64,000 nucleotides of DNA from Paraspadella gotoi. Lineage: Eukaryota > Animalia > Chaetognatha. The notes beneath the pieces were generated by a model. It saw only the letters and a list, made by a program, of their open reading frames with translations. It was not told where the DNA came from and made no database searches. The DNA is taken from assembly GCA_051294375.1 (NCBI GenBank), contig CM119267.1:1356962-1420961 (forward strand), given 5' to 3'. The translations under genes were made by a program, and so were the position numbers. This document shows, piece after piece, positions 33,608-47,122 of the stretch (position 1 is the first letter of the stretch; each line of letters opens with the position of its first letter).

Positions 33608-34545
33608 AGCTGAACAGCAACGGCGCAAAGAATACTTGGCTGCCCTCAATATCCAGGCTTGGTTCCGGGGATCCAGAGTCAGAAAATATCTCAACATACT
33701 TAACTTTTCGGTCAGTCTGAATCGATTGATTGATTGATTGATTTAATAATTGTAAATTGATTGATTACTTAATCGTTAAATCAGAGACTGAATGATTAGT
33801 TATTAAATAATCGACTGATTTGTAATTGATTAAGTTCGTTAATAACCGATAACTAATTATTTAATAATGAACGAATTATATCCAGGCGACTGAGATCCAG
33901 CGGATTTGGCGAGGTTATTTAGGGCGGCGGATCTACCGCCAGATGGTGCGCAACGCAGTTCTCGAGATGAGGGCTCGTTACTTTGACCTCCTGGCGGTGA
34001 AAGTGCAAACCATTTGGAGAGGATACTACGTCAGAAAATACGTTCACAATTATTACGCGCTTAAAAAGCATTTAAAGGTTTGGGAGTTTGTGATAAAGGA
34101 AGTGATAGGAAGTTAGAAGTGATAAAGGGTGAGATGATAAATGCTGCGATCTTTAGAAGTGATGAAAACTGATAGGATAACGAATTGTATTGACGATGAT
34201 AATTTTAATGATAAAATCATCATCAGTGACACAACCTGATAACGTTTTATCATTGTCGTTTTTTTCAGGAAGTTGAAATCATCAACGAAAAAGTGAGAGA
34301 AAAATTGGAAGAAATTGAAGAAGAAGAAAAACAGAAAGAAAGAAGAGAAAAAGAGGAAAGAGAATATCAAAGGTAATTCATTGTTCTTAAAAGTATATTA
34401 ATTAGAGATTAGATTAGATTAGAGATTATTATTAATTTGCTACATTAATTAAATATTTTAAACCTCAAAAAAAGTTTTCCGTTTTCAACAATTTATGAAG
34501 CATGCAGAATTTAGGGGGGAGGTAACCCTTTAACATCTATTGTAT

Positions 34546-34601
<56 letters not shown>

Positions 34602-35657
34602 TATAAATTTTTCTAACTCTTTCACTTACCATATCTCAAAGTTCAAATTATCTTTTTCAGTCTGAAATTTTTTTTCTAATTAGACTTTTGAACGACGCAA
34701 AGTCGAAACATCATCTCATCTCTACGTTTGTTACACCCGGCGTGTTTAATCGACCCTATAAAGGTGAAGATGTGGCGAATCCTTAGTTTTGTGCCGAATT
34801 ACTGAATTATCGATAGAAATAAATAAATGAATAATGAATAAACAATAAATAAATAAAACATTTTTTTTCCAGATTTACCGCGGAGGAGACCGAGTTTCGC
34901 CTTCGAGCCGTGCGCTCTCTGGTGGCGTCGGAGAAAAGACAAGAGGAGAAGGAGGAGAAAAAGAGGGACAGAGAGAGGGAGAGAGAGAGAGACGTTGCCA
35001 CCCATCGTATAGGCCAAAACCTCAGGCGTCCCTTCAGAAGCCCAAAAGAGGTTAAGTTTTTTTGAATTTCTCTTTTAGATTCTTTCTAGTTTTAATATGT
35101 TTTCGAATTAACTGTGTTGCTCTTTCGTTTTCAGGTTCACCTCCAGCGCCATCGTCCGTTCTTCCCACCTTCCGCGTACAAACGTCTTTTCCACTCAGCG
35201 CTGGAGGCGCGCGACGCCATGCGGTCGATGGAGTGGCGGCCCAAGGTTGTTGACGAGCGGTTCCATCAATTTTCAAAGACTCAACAGGTTCGACGAGAAT
35301 GTATAGGAAGAGAGAGATGAGAGAGAGAGAGAGAGAGAGAGAGAAGAGAGAGAGAAGAGAGAGAGAGAGGAGGAGAGAGAGAGAGAGAGAGATTCTTTCC
35401 ATTTGAATCCATTTTTCGCAGCCCCTACATTTTCCTCTCCACAAACGCGCACACCGTTCGGGTCCAATTCCATACGGAACTGCGAAGATTTCGAGACGAG
35501 GACACTCAGACATCCGGGTCAACATCCGGGTCAACATCCGGGTCAATATCCGGGTCAACATCCGGGAAAGCGTTTTCAACTCGGTCTTTCCTCGATTCCA
35601 CTTTTTGACAAAATGAAACAAAAATTAACTCCCAGGGTCAAGTTAGTTATTTTTTAA
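33608..35657 (+). CDS. SPATA17: Spermatogenesis-associated protein 17 (IQ-motif protein); first exon not identified, indels in the 3' half
   Basis: Exons 33608-33710, 33886-34077, 34269-34372, 34684-34763, 34873-~35051, ~35135-35657. Three IQ motifs ([32 protein letters not shown]), then [15 protein letters not shown] and [12 protein letters not shown], matching the SPATA17 pattern. Confidence 0.85.
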
Positions 35658-35829
35658 CAAAATTATTTAAAGATTCATATTATTAGAAAATTTTTTTTAT
35701 TATTTCGTGGACTTATTTCCATAAAGGGGCCTCATTTCACCTTTAATTCTGAATTTATTTATCTTTTATGTTTAATAATCAGGCGATGGATTAACTTAGG
35801 GATTCCGTCAGGGATATTAGGGTTAAAGT

Positions 35830-35995
35830 CAGGGATAGAGTTAAAGATAGAGTTAAAGATAGAGTTAAAGATAGAGTTAAGGATAGAGTTAAAGATAGAG
35901 TTAAAGATAGATTTAAAGATAGAGTTAAAGATAGAGTTAAGGATAGAGTTAAGGATAGAGTTAAGGGTAGAGTAAGGGATAGAGTAAGGGATAGA
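35830..35995. repeat. 12-bp tandem repeat (GATAGAGTTAAA)
   Basis: Directly visible. Confidence 0.85.
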
Positions 35996-36451
35996 GAATT
36001 ATGGTCAGGGATCAGGATTAGGAATTGGGTTATAAATTTGGTATGAAATTAGAATTAAATATTAAAATCAAACTTAATTTCCTACAAAACTGTCTCTTTA
36101 GTTATTAAGCGATTNNNNNNNNNNGAAATCAAATTCGATGAGAAATAATTTGAAGAGACGAACTGGAATTTTCATTGAACCGATTTTTATTTTCAATAAA
36201 AAAAATATTCACGTCTGTTTTTTTGTGCAATTTTATTTCGAGCATAAAATTCATTTGGCAATTTTTTTGGGATTTATTATCAAACAGCTTGGCAAAAAAA
36301 AAAAAAAAAAATAACCTCACATTTTGCAATATTTATATACATTAAATTTTTAATTTTTTTATTAGTTTTGTTTAACAAAATCGTTCAGTGAAATCGAAAT
36401 ACATTTTCATTCATCCAACTTGACTAATTAATTATAGATTTAAAAAAAAAA

Positions 36452-38483
36452 ATGTTTCGAGTTTGGGCGCTGCTTGGACTGTTAGCTACACTTTCGTCGA
36501 GCCAGACTTTGTTTACTTCAATCAAAAATAGGTAATTTTTAAATTATATTCCGAACTGCGTTTTCGAGAAAGCTTTACAAAAAGACTGATAATCTACCTG
36601 AGCGGTACACGTCTGATACGTAAAAACTGTTTAACTTTTCGATTTTGAAGTGTTGCAACGATTCGATCCAAACAATATTGTCCCTAAATCGAAAACCAAT
36701 CTAATTTTTCTCAGCCCTAAATCCTTAGGAAATGTGGTTGGCATCAGTATAAAAGGTGATAGACCGACGCGGGTCTATTACCCCTCTCCTTCTCATTCAC
36801 CTCCTCTTCATCCTCCTCCCAGGGATTCGGGGCCGCGTTCACGAGATTCAGTTCACCTTTCTCTCTTCTCCTACTAGATTCTTCCCCTTTTTACCCTCAT
36901 GATTTTGTCGCCGTATAGATTTTCCTGACGTCAATATATATTTTCCCGCATTCTCGTGACCTTACTTCCGGTTAGGATACCTTTTCAGAGGGCATAATTC
37001 TAGCTTTTTTTGAATTGTGGATATGAGGGGTTAACTAGTTAACTAGAGGTAACTTCTTCTCGCCGCTTGCCAGCCAGGCCCAATTATGGAAAGGGGCCTT
37101 AGGCTCTGAACCAGGCTCGGGGATTTTCCAGGCCCTCAAAGCAATACCCGACAAAATAATAACAACGTTGCCCCACTTTTTCTTCAGTCTTCAAATAAAT
37201 ATTTTTAAAAAGAATTAATTATAAGACATTAATTATAAGACATTAATTATAAGACATTAATTATATGACATCAATTATAAGACATTAATTATAAGACATT
37301 CTCCACAGAACAGACACCCACAAAGAATTGCTTTCCGAATATTCCACGTCGCTCGAAGTTTTGAGAAAAATTCAAAATGGAATTTCACCCAAAGAAGATG
37401 AATGTCGCGAGGTTTGTGAGGGGATGTGTGGGCGGATTTGTGGACACGAGGGGATTCGTGGGCGGATAAATTAAGTACAAAGGAAATCGGTGGTCTGAGT
37501 AAAGAGCCAATTTGTGGTTTGATTACGAAAATGAGAATCGACATTTACATAATTTCTTATCATTTCTCTCTCCATCATCTTCCTCATTCACTACATCAAA
37601 CTTCCTCCTCAACTCCATCATTTGTCCTCGTTAACATCATCTTCCTTATTCACCACATCAACCCGCCTCCTCTACTACATCAGATTCTCCACGACTGTCG
37701 ACTTCCTCCTTCACTCCAGTCTCCCGTCTGCGGCGATGACGGAGCCACCTACAGGTCGAAATTCACAACAATAACAACAACAAAACGAAGAAAACAACAA
37801 CTACAACAATTTTAACCCTAATATTTAAATCTAATCTGTCATTTAAGTAAGTAAACTAAACTAAACTAACCTTATTCCTTAACACTAATCTTAAACCTTA
37901 AATCTTAAATTTGAAGTCTTAAATCTTAAATCCTAAACCTTAAACCCCAATCCTAAAACTTATTCTCTAACCCTAATCCCTAAATCTAAATCACTAACCA
38001 AATCCGTTTAATCCTTAAACTAATCCTAAACTCTAATCTATGATCTAAATTTTCGAATTTAAGATTAAAATGAAACGCTTTGAGAAAACAAGGACAAAAC
38101 CTGTTTAGTCTTTGTGTCCGTCTAACAACGTAAAAAGGCATGAAACAATGAATGAGGCCTCCCGACCTCTCATCTAGATCCCTCTGCATTCTGATGCAAG
38201 AAGCTTGCGTTTCCTTTTTGTCTGAAGAAGGCGAAGGAGTGATGGTGGAAGGAATGGGCGAATGCGATCTGTGTCAATACCCGTTGGACAAGGGAGACCC
38301 AGATTGCAAGTCTTCGTCAAAGGTAAAGATTAGAGAAGGTTAAGAGTTTCAGAGGGTGAAGTTTGAGAAAGAGAAAGAAAAAAAGGAAAGAGAGATAAGA
38401 GAGGGAGAGAAAAAAAGAGAGGGGGAAAAAGAAAGAGAGACAGACAGACAGAAAGATAAAAAGAGAGAAATAAAAAGAGAGAA

Positions 38484-38538
<55 letters not shown>

Positions 38539-39721
38539 AAGGTTATTGTCCTCAATTTTTTTTCTTCAATTTTTTGCTCTTTTTTCTTCTTCCTCTTCTC
38601 CTCCTTTACAACCCATCTCCTCTTCCTCCCTCTCTCTCTCTCCCTCTCTCTTCCCCTCTCCCCATCTCTTCTCCCTCAACTTATCAGCTCTACCGATGGT
38701 ATTTCGACATGGCAAGTCAAACTTGTCTCGAGTTTGAATTCTCTGGCTGCAACGGAAACGCCAACTCGTTTGACGACCGGTTCACGTGCGTGGAGAGATG
38801 CCAGTTCCATCGGGAGGGAAAGTCGACGGTGGAATGGCTCGACGAGGATTGCCTGCACACGAGGAGAGGGGGAGAATATTGGGGAGGAGGATGAAGAGCG
38901 CGACGGGTGAGATGAAGGGGAGGGGGAAGAGGAGGAAGGGATTCTCACAAATTCTTTGTCAGACAAGCACCAAGCTTGTCATTATGTCATCCTTCCACCA
39001 GGGAACACCTGTCAGTCGTGGCGCCTGGCCTACACCAAAGCCAACGTACGGCTCTCGGTTCTCTCTCGGCTTTTGCCGGACGAGACCGGATTCATAGGAG
39101 CAAAGAATTTCTGCCGGAATCCCGGCAACATCGCCGATCAGCCATTTTGTCTCGTCAAGGATCCCAAAACCGGTAAGGGTCAGAATCTGTTGTGTTCGCG
39201 AGGGAGGAAGTGATTCTTGTCTTGTTAGTTGCGCAGCGAGTACTCGCGGAGCAACCTATGAAGTCACTTTTCGGTCGGTCTGTCAGTCGGTCGGTCGGTA
39301 TGTCTGTCCGTCCCACTTATGTTAAAAATATATATAGTTGGTTGCTCTTTTGTTGAGACAGAAAAAACCTCAAATCTAAGGGACTGCTAGCGCCGCCTTC
39401 AGGAAATCCTAAAACTATAAGGAATAAAAGATGAAATTTTGATGCAGTGCATGTCATAAATACACGGGATAAGAAAGTTATGTAGTCATGTTATGTCACG
39501 TCATGTCATGTCACGTCATGTTATGTCATGTAACAAAAAATACACATGATAAGGCAGACTGTGGCGCAACACTTTTGAATTACCGTTTTTATTTTTAAAT
39601 ATTTTTTCATGACGACTTAGGGGAGGACAAAGTTTATGAACAAGAATACATTTTATACATTGTAATTGTTATCAATTATTTTCTATGAACGGAAAATGAG
39701 GTTATGAATACAACAGAGAGA

Positions 39722-39765
<44 letters not shown>

Positions 39766-41887
39766 GATGATGATGATTGACACGTAAATTAACTTTGGCA
39801 GAAATTTACAGCTTCGAAAAATGCGAAATTCCTATTTGTCGTATTCAACCTCATATGCACGGATCTGGAATTGAGTTGGACGACGAAGTCTGTCTTTATA
39901 GGTCAGTCAGTCGATCGGGTTTCTCAACTGCGTATTATTGTATTAACTTTTCAACTACAATTTCACTTACCAACCTCAACGTGACATCTCACAGACCAAA
40001 GGGTCTCGAATATCGAGGTCCCATCAACAAAACCGAATCGGGGAAGCCTTGCGTCGTTTGGGACAAAGTTGTGGCGAAACATTGGAGATTGAGAAATCTG
40101 TGGAAGTACATGCCCGAGCAATCCAGGTGTCTGTATGTCTGGCTATTTATAGGTCTATTTATCTGGCCGTCTGTCTAATATTCTTTCTCTCTGGTTATTT
40201 TTCTGTTTGATAACTATTTCTCCCTCAATATCTCTTTCAGTTTATCGTCTGACTTTCTTTAAGAATGTCTGACTGTCCGTCTCACAAATAATGTTGCAGA
40301 TTAATTTCAAATTTCAGATGAAATTGAGTTCCTCAAGCTCATTTGCATATTGTATTCTGTTTAAGCTTTGATAAATTTTTATTTTATTGTTATTTTGGCG
40401 AATGATCATGTTTGTCTGTGGTTCAATTTATAGCTACATAATTAATGGTTTAACTAACATAATTAATGGTTTAGTTATCATAATTAATAGTTTAAATTAT
40501 CATAATTAAGGCATCGATTAATGCTTTTCAGATCAAAATCCAATCTGGCTGATCACACGAATCATTGTCGAAATCCAAATGGGAAATCTCGTCCTTGGTG
40601 TTTCACCGACGTGGAGACGATGAAATGGGATTACTGCGCGGTGAGAGGGAGAGACAGAGAGAGAGACAGATGGATGAGACAGAGATAGGCCAGGTAATCA
40701 ATGGCGGACGATGGATATAGATTATACAGGCAGACTGAGAAATAGAAAGTTAAATCGATATGTAAAAAGATAGACAGATAGACTAAGTCTTAGAAGAGGC
40801 TTTTTATTTCGACGATGTCCTTGCCTCCTATCCTATCCTCCTATCCTATCCTCTTCTTCTATACTCCTATCCACCTATCCTATCCTATCGCAGGTCCCTC
40901 TCTGCTCCGACCTCCTCCACGAGATGGTCCAAATCCTTCTCAACAACATCAACTTTCTCGATCGATACTCGGAAGATGTCGCCACGAATTCCCGCGCTTT
41001 CGTCGAGACTCATTGTGGGAGAAGATTCTTTAATCTGCAAGAGATTTACAAGCACAGGTCAATTCTTTGCAAGAGATTTACAAGCACAGGTCAATTCTTT
41101 GCAAGAGATTTACAAGCACAGGTCAATTCTTTGCAAGAGATTTACAAGCACAGGTCAATTCTTTGCAAGAGATTTACAAGCACAAGTCAATTCTTTGCAA
41201 GAGATTTACAAGCACAGGTCAATTCTTTGCTTGATCCGCGCGACCCATCCACCTTCTCTTCTTTTTTTTTTAAAACTCCACCGTACCCAACTGTACGCCG
41301 ACCCGATTCCCTCTCACGTTCAGACTGCGCTACAGTGACGCCGCTTATCGCGACTTTGGATTTCACGGCGCCGCACCTTGGACGGCGTCACTTAGATTCC
41401 ACGGGAGTCACTTTTGTACCGGCGCTCTTGTTTCGCCGAGATTCGTTCTCACCGCCGCTCATTGCTTCAAGGTGGGGGGGGGGCGTCTGTCTGTGTTTCC
41501 ATCTGACGGTCTGTCTCTTAATCTTTTCTGTCAGATTGACTGTCACTCGATTAATCCATCGGACTGTATGTCTGTCTGACTGTCTCTATGTCCGTCTTGA
41601 CTGTCTTTCTCTCTGCCTGCAATCTCTCTTGTTTATTTGTCTATCTATATAAGGTATGTCTATTTTCCTGTCTGTCTGTCCCTCAATCTTTGGGCTTGCC
41701 CGTCTCTTTGTATATCCGCCTGACTTTTTGCCAGTCTTTCGGTCTGTCTGTCTGTCTGTCTGTCTGTCTGTACGAGATTGCGATTCTATTTCTTAGTCCG
41801 CTTGTCTTTCTGTCTGTTTCATTCAGAGTGATCCTCGCATGGAGATTCCTTCTGCTTGGGAAGTTCATTTGGGTCGTCATCGTCTCA

Positions 41888-41927
<40 letters not shown>

Positions 41928-43643
41928 AGACACAGTCATCAAAATCGCTGACGGAATAATCGTTCACCCGAAGTTCGAGATGAACGGAATTCACGGAGGA
42001 TCGGATATCGGTTCGAGTCGAGTCATTTGTGATTTCCTGTTGTGATAAGATTGCACGGAGTGAGTATTGTTAAAAGAGAATTTGTTATGGTTTAATTTAA
42101 CTTAAGATCGTGATAATTGGGAAGACTCAGTGAAGGAAAATGAAGAAACTGGGAAGACAAAATTTATTCAGAAAAAGTACAATATGTACAATTGTACATT
42201 GTACAATAATCGAATTCGTTATTATTCTCTACTTAAATGGAAATTACTAAAAAAACGTCTATACTAAATTTACGACGTTTTGTAAATTTACTAAATTTTC
42301 TGCATTTTTTTTCATTTTATAATTTTTGCAATTTACTATAAAGTTTATAAACGTTAGTTTTTGACGATAACAGAATTAAAATTATTTTAAACATGGTGAT
42401 TAATTAATTTTTCTTTTTTTTTTGTTCAGCTTTGATTTCGATTCCAAAATTGACGAAGAACGAATTTAATCATTACATTCACTACATTTGTTTACCTGGT
42501 GAGTCTGACTTGGTTAGCTTGGCGGGCTCGACCCGGTAAATCTTACACTTAAGGCCACAGTCTATGAGGCCACTTAAGGCCACAGTCTATGATGCCACTT
42601 AAGGCCACAGTCTCTGAACGTGTACCTAATGTAATGTTGGGGATTGAAGCTGATTGAGTGGAATAGATGAGGTTGGTGGAGTGGGATTGAGAAGATTGAT
42701 GTAGTGAAATTAACGAGGTTGATGTAGTGGGAGAGACGACGATGATGTAGTGGGATGGGCTAATTGCTTTACCGATGATGACGCAAAGAAAAACAAAGAA
42801 ATTCGATTCTGTTGTTTAGGAATTAAACGTTAATGATTTACCGATGGAGAAAGGAGGAGTAAGAGGAGGGGGAGGATGAGAAAGAGGAGGAGAAGGGAGG
42901 GTAAGAGGAGAAAGAGGAGAAGAGGGGGAGGAGGAGGAAGAGAGGGAGAAGGAGAAGGAAGAGGAGAAGGAGGGGGGGAAGAGGAGAAGGAGCAGAATGA
43001 GGAGGAAGAGGAGGAGAAGGAGGGGAGGAGAGGAAGAGGAGGAGAAAGAAGAGGAGGAAGAGGAAAAAGAGGAGAAGGAGGAGGAAGAGGAAGATGAGAA
43101 TGATGAAGAGGACATGACTCTGCCTAAAACAAAATTACGTTTTCGTTCATTGATAACGATGACGATAGAGAAAACCACCATAATAATCAATTGACCATAA
43201 TAATTAATTAATTACTCTTGACGAAAAATATCTAAATAAAAACAATTGGTGAAAATAATGTAAACAGCGAAGTTTTAATCTTATTTATTAATGTTTAAAG
43301 ATTTAAGATTAATTATTCATTTTTCTTTTTCTCCTTAAGACAAACTGGACGATTATCACGAGGAAGAATGCCACCTGTCAGGCTGGCATCTGGTCACAGG
43401 TGCCGACGAAGACGACGACCGTCTTAAACATCTCAAACTTCCGGTCAGATGCAGATGTCGGAGATTAATTGGCTTAATGGACTAATTTTTATAAAGTTAA
43501 TGCTGATACATTACAAAGAAAAGAACTACTATTTAGTCCAAATACTTTGTCATACGTTTTATTTAGGTTTTACTTTTTTTCTTTCTTCAACATCCGTCTC
43601 ACCTTGACTTTCATTAACTCCAATGACCAATCTATTTCTACTC

Positions 43644-43740
<97 letters not shown>

Positions 43741-44356
43741 ATTCTCAACGCGCAAGAATGCAACAAAAAGTTTTCCGAGGGAAACTTCGTTTTGGATTCG
43801 CAAATTTGCGTTGGTGAGAATTTTTGATAATATTAACTAATCTATTTTAATTTAATTCTATTTCCAAAAAGTTTCTCTTTCCCTCGTCCACAAATTTCGG
43901 TTTCTGTTTTCTTCCAAAACAAGATTGTTTTTTTCCGAAACAAATTCTAATGACCCCAAAAATTAGAAAACGTCAATCATCGTTTGAACAAATTTGTCGC
44001 AATTTTCGAGCCAAATTGATCGAACACAATTTCGGCCATATTTTCTAAAAGCGTCCAATTTCTTCTTAAAATTAGAATTAAAATAGTTTTTTAATTCAAA
44101 TATGATAAACATAGGGTTAGGTTTAAGGGTTAAAGATTTATTTAAATGTTTAATTAAGGATTACCTCAGTTTTTGATCTGTTGGTCTGTCTTTCTGTCTA
44201 TCCATCTATTTATGAGTCTGTCCCTCTGTTAAGCTGAGGTATGTTAAAGTAAGATAAGAAACATAAATTTGTTACAGAAAATGGCACCAGCAACTGAATC
44301 ATCAGTTTTCAGAGATCCAATCAGAAATGAAGAGACTGATTTAGGATTCTGAGGAG

Positions 44357-44388
<32 letters not shown>

Positions 44389-44641
44389 AGAGGAGGAGGC
44401 AATGAAAGTGAAGTTTAGGCATTAAAGCATTTGAGCATTAGAGCATGAAAGCATCGAAGCCTACAGCCGTGATTTTATTTCATCCATTTTGCGGTTAAAT
44501 TTAAACTTTTTTTTTTCTAATCCGGTTATATGTTTGGTTAATTCAAGAGAGAGAGAGCGACTGGGCATTGAGAGAGAGAGAGAGAGATTGACTTAGCCGC
44601 TGGGCGTTGTGAGTAGAAAAGTCAATCTCCATTTTCTTCGT

Positions 44642-44704
<63 letters not shown>

Positions 44705-46146
44705 GTACCCCACTTCCCTCCCATCAGGCGGCGACGAAGCGGAACGGTCCGCCTGTCAAGGAGATTCAGGCGCTGGAATTTCCTGTCAACATCAAAGATC
44801 TCAGAACAGAGTCGATTCCCTTTCAATGTTAAGAGAATTAAAAATTTTAAATTAGTATTAATCAAGTTTTACCCCGTGTCCGTTCACGAGTGATACAAAA
44901 AAAGTCTTTACTATACTTTAACTTTTTAATAAACATTATTCAGAAGTATATCATTAGTTGGAGTACTACTTGACGTTTTTAGTCGGATCAGCAGATCTCG
45001 ACTCGATAATTCACTTTGTCGGTCCGTCGGTCCACCCCCTCAATCTTGTCGGGCATTCACTTATATCATGTCAGAACATCGAATTATGATAAATTATGCA
45101 AAAAAAATAATGTCCGTCCGTCCGTTTGTCTGTCTGTCCATCTGTGTCCATCCGTCCCACCTTAGCAAAAAACACCAATTACTCGTGATTGAATGGATGG
45201 ATTTGAATAAAGTTTTGTGTGTGGGTAGGGAAGTGTGTGATTGAGCTTGATATAAAGTTTCGATGGAATCGTCCGAGTGGAAATGAGTTAAAATGAAAAA
45301 AATAAACTATCTATTTCACTATTTGATTATGTTGTTTTTTATTGTTTATTTTTATATTAAATTAAAATTCAAGCTGCATTAATTAATTATTAATAAATAA
45401 GTAATTAATTAATTATTAATTATTTGTATTATTTTATGATTGAGAGGCGAGACAATGTGGAAAACGATTTTGACACGAAGAAAAAAAAGTTAATAATGAT
45501 CGTGGGCAGATCCGGCATTGTTTGCTCAAACTTGTTAATTAACATATCATACCAAAGACTGTCCAAAGTCATGGGCAAGATAGCTTATTTATTAAATGAA
45601 TGGATGTATTTTATATTGGTTGTACCAATTTCATATTAATTTTTTTTATGAGGCTAGACATAGATTAAATGAGATTCAAAATTAAATCAAACAAGTCAGT
45701 CACGTTAAAAATGTTTTATCTTTCTCCTAAATCATTGAATTTTAGTTTTACAATTTAACATAAGTAATAGACGTCATTTAAATTATTTTCTGTAGAGGAA
45801 AATAAAATTAAAAAAAAATTATTTCCAGTGACCTTCAATTCTTAAGAGTTTTTATGGCCAACGTTGAAAGGGAATCGAATATTGACTCTCTCTCTCTCTC
45901 TCATTGTCGCCATCAGGGAAGGAAAGAGGTGAGTTAATTGGACGAGGAGGAGGGGAGAAAGGAGAGAGAGATAGAGAGATAGATAGAGAGAGAGAGAGAG
46001 TTATTTTTATCCCCCTTCATCAGGATCGGTTCTCTGTCGCCGGAGTGGTTTCATCCGGAGTTCGATGCGGAGAAAAAGGAAACCCGGGAGTTTACACTGA
46101 CGTCACCGCCTTCGCTGATTGGATAAACGCTCACCTGTGGACCTGA
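36452..46146 (+). CDS. Secreted multidomain S1 serine protease: signal peptide-Kazal-Kunitz-kringle-kringle-trypsin-fold domain (about 18 exons)
   Basis: Signal peptide [16 protein letters not shown] (36452-36531); Kazal [11 protein letters not shown]....AC (37684-38270); Kunitz CQYPLDKG...[22 protein letters not shown] (38270-38800); kringles NFCRNP..PFC (~38850-39840) and YRG..SGKPC..W...[11 protein letters not shown] (~39890-40905); protease APWTASL..HFCTGAL..TAAHC (41324-41471), SDIAL (42001-42435), ICLP, CQGDSG (44750-44770), PGVYTDV..DWI then TGA (46024-46146). Confidence 0.88.
39225..39320 (+). mobile_element. 5' part of another DINE-1/Helentron-like element
   Basis: TTAGTTGC..GCGAGTACTCGC..GCAAC hairpin followed by a (GGTC/TGTC)n microsatellite. 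Confidence 0.4.
41035..41230 (+). repeat. 32-bp tandem repeat (TGCAAGAGATTTACAAGCACAGGTCAATTCTT) x6 spanning a splice donor
   Basis: Nearly identical units; the first overlaps the protease exon ending EIYKHR. Confidence 0.9.
44978..45536 (+). mobile_element. Non-autonomous Helentron/DINE-1-like interspersed element
   Basis: Starts in a T run with hairpin AGTCGGATC..GATCTCGACT, has an internal (GTCY)n microsatellite and ends GATCCGGCATTGTTTGCTCAAACTTGTT. Homologous pieces at 16425-16460, 57137-57983 plus 60115-60188 (minus) and 59400-59520. Confidence 0.55.
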
Positions 46147-46390
46147 TTGGCCGAATCGATTCATTCCAAACGCTTATTGGCGGTATTAACTGAACAACAA
46201 TTAGTGGCGCTCATTGGCGGGATTAACTTATTAATGGCTGGGATTAGACGAACAATAAATCTTGCTGCTTATTAATCATTGGCGGAGCCACTGAAACTTA
46301 TATGCTTTAAATTAATACACACATACTTAACATTTTAAAAGCGAATTAATTTTAGAGCGAATTAACGTGTTTTTATAGTTTTTAGTTTTT

Positions 46391-46443
<53 letters not shown>

Positions 46444-47122
46444 ACTCTTTCAAATCCGGCGCTTTTAGTTTTGACGTTTCGACGCCCATCGACGTCGCTA
46501 ACGAGAGTTTTGACAGAAAAACCGACGCCGCGCGACGAAAAGGCGCCGCCTGCTTCTCGCCGGCGTCTCAAGCGTGTTGCGTGATGAATGACGCCGCGTC
46601 TGTTGCCATGACAACTAAAGTGGAGAGAGAGAGTGATTGAAAAAAAAATTTGAGGGTAAAAACGTATGTATGGGAAAACAGAGAAGATAAAGGAATAAAA
46701 AAGAAAGCTTAAAAATGTAAAATTTAAAAAAAAGACGATTTTGTTGATATCAATGATAGGATCTCTTACAGATTGACTTATTCACCAAGGTGCGTGTGGC
46801 CACAATGTGAATAAATGAATTAACGGCTTAAGTTTCACTTCTGGTTCACTAGGTGACTTAAAGTCGTGACATCGAGCGACGAGATGTGATGGAAGTTTAA
46901 GGAAAGCGGCAAGAAGTGATAAAGTGTAGTGATAGGTCTCCGTGACATATCCCCGTGACAGATCCCCGTGTCAAGCAGACGCGAAAGGAAAAAAGAAGTT
47001 GAATAAAAAAAACAAAACAGAAACGTGAATTCATTTTAAAATAGAAAACGAATCAAAATGGAATATTTTATAATTGAATGAACCAATAGAGGAATAACAT
47101 TAAGCAATATTTTCTAATGACT

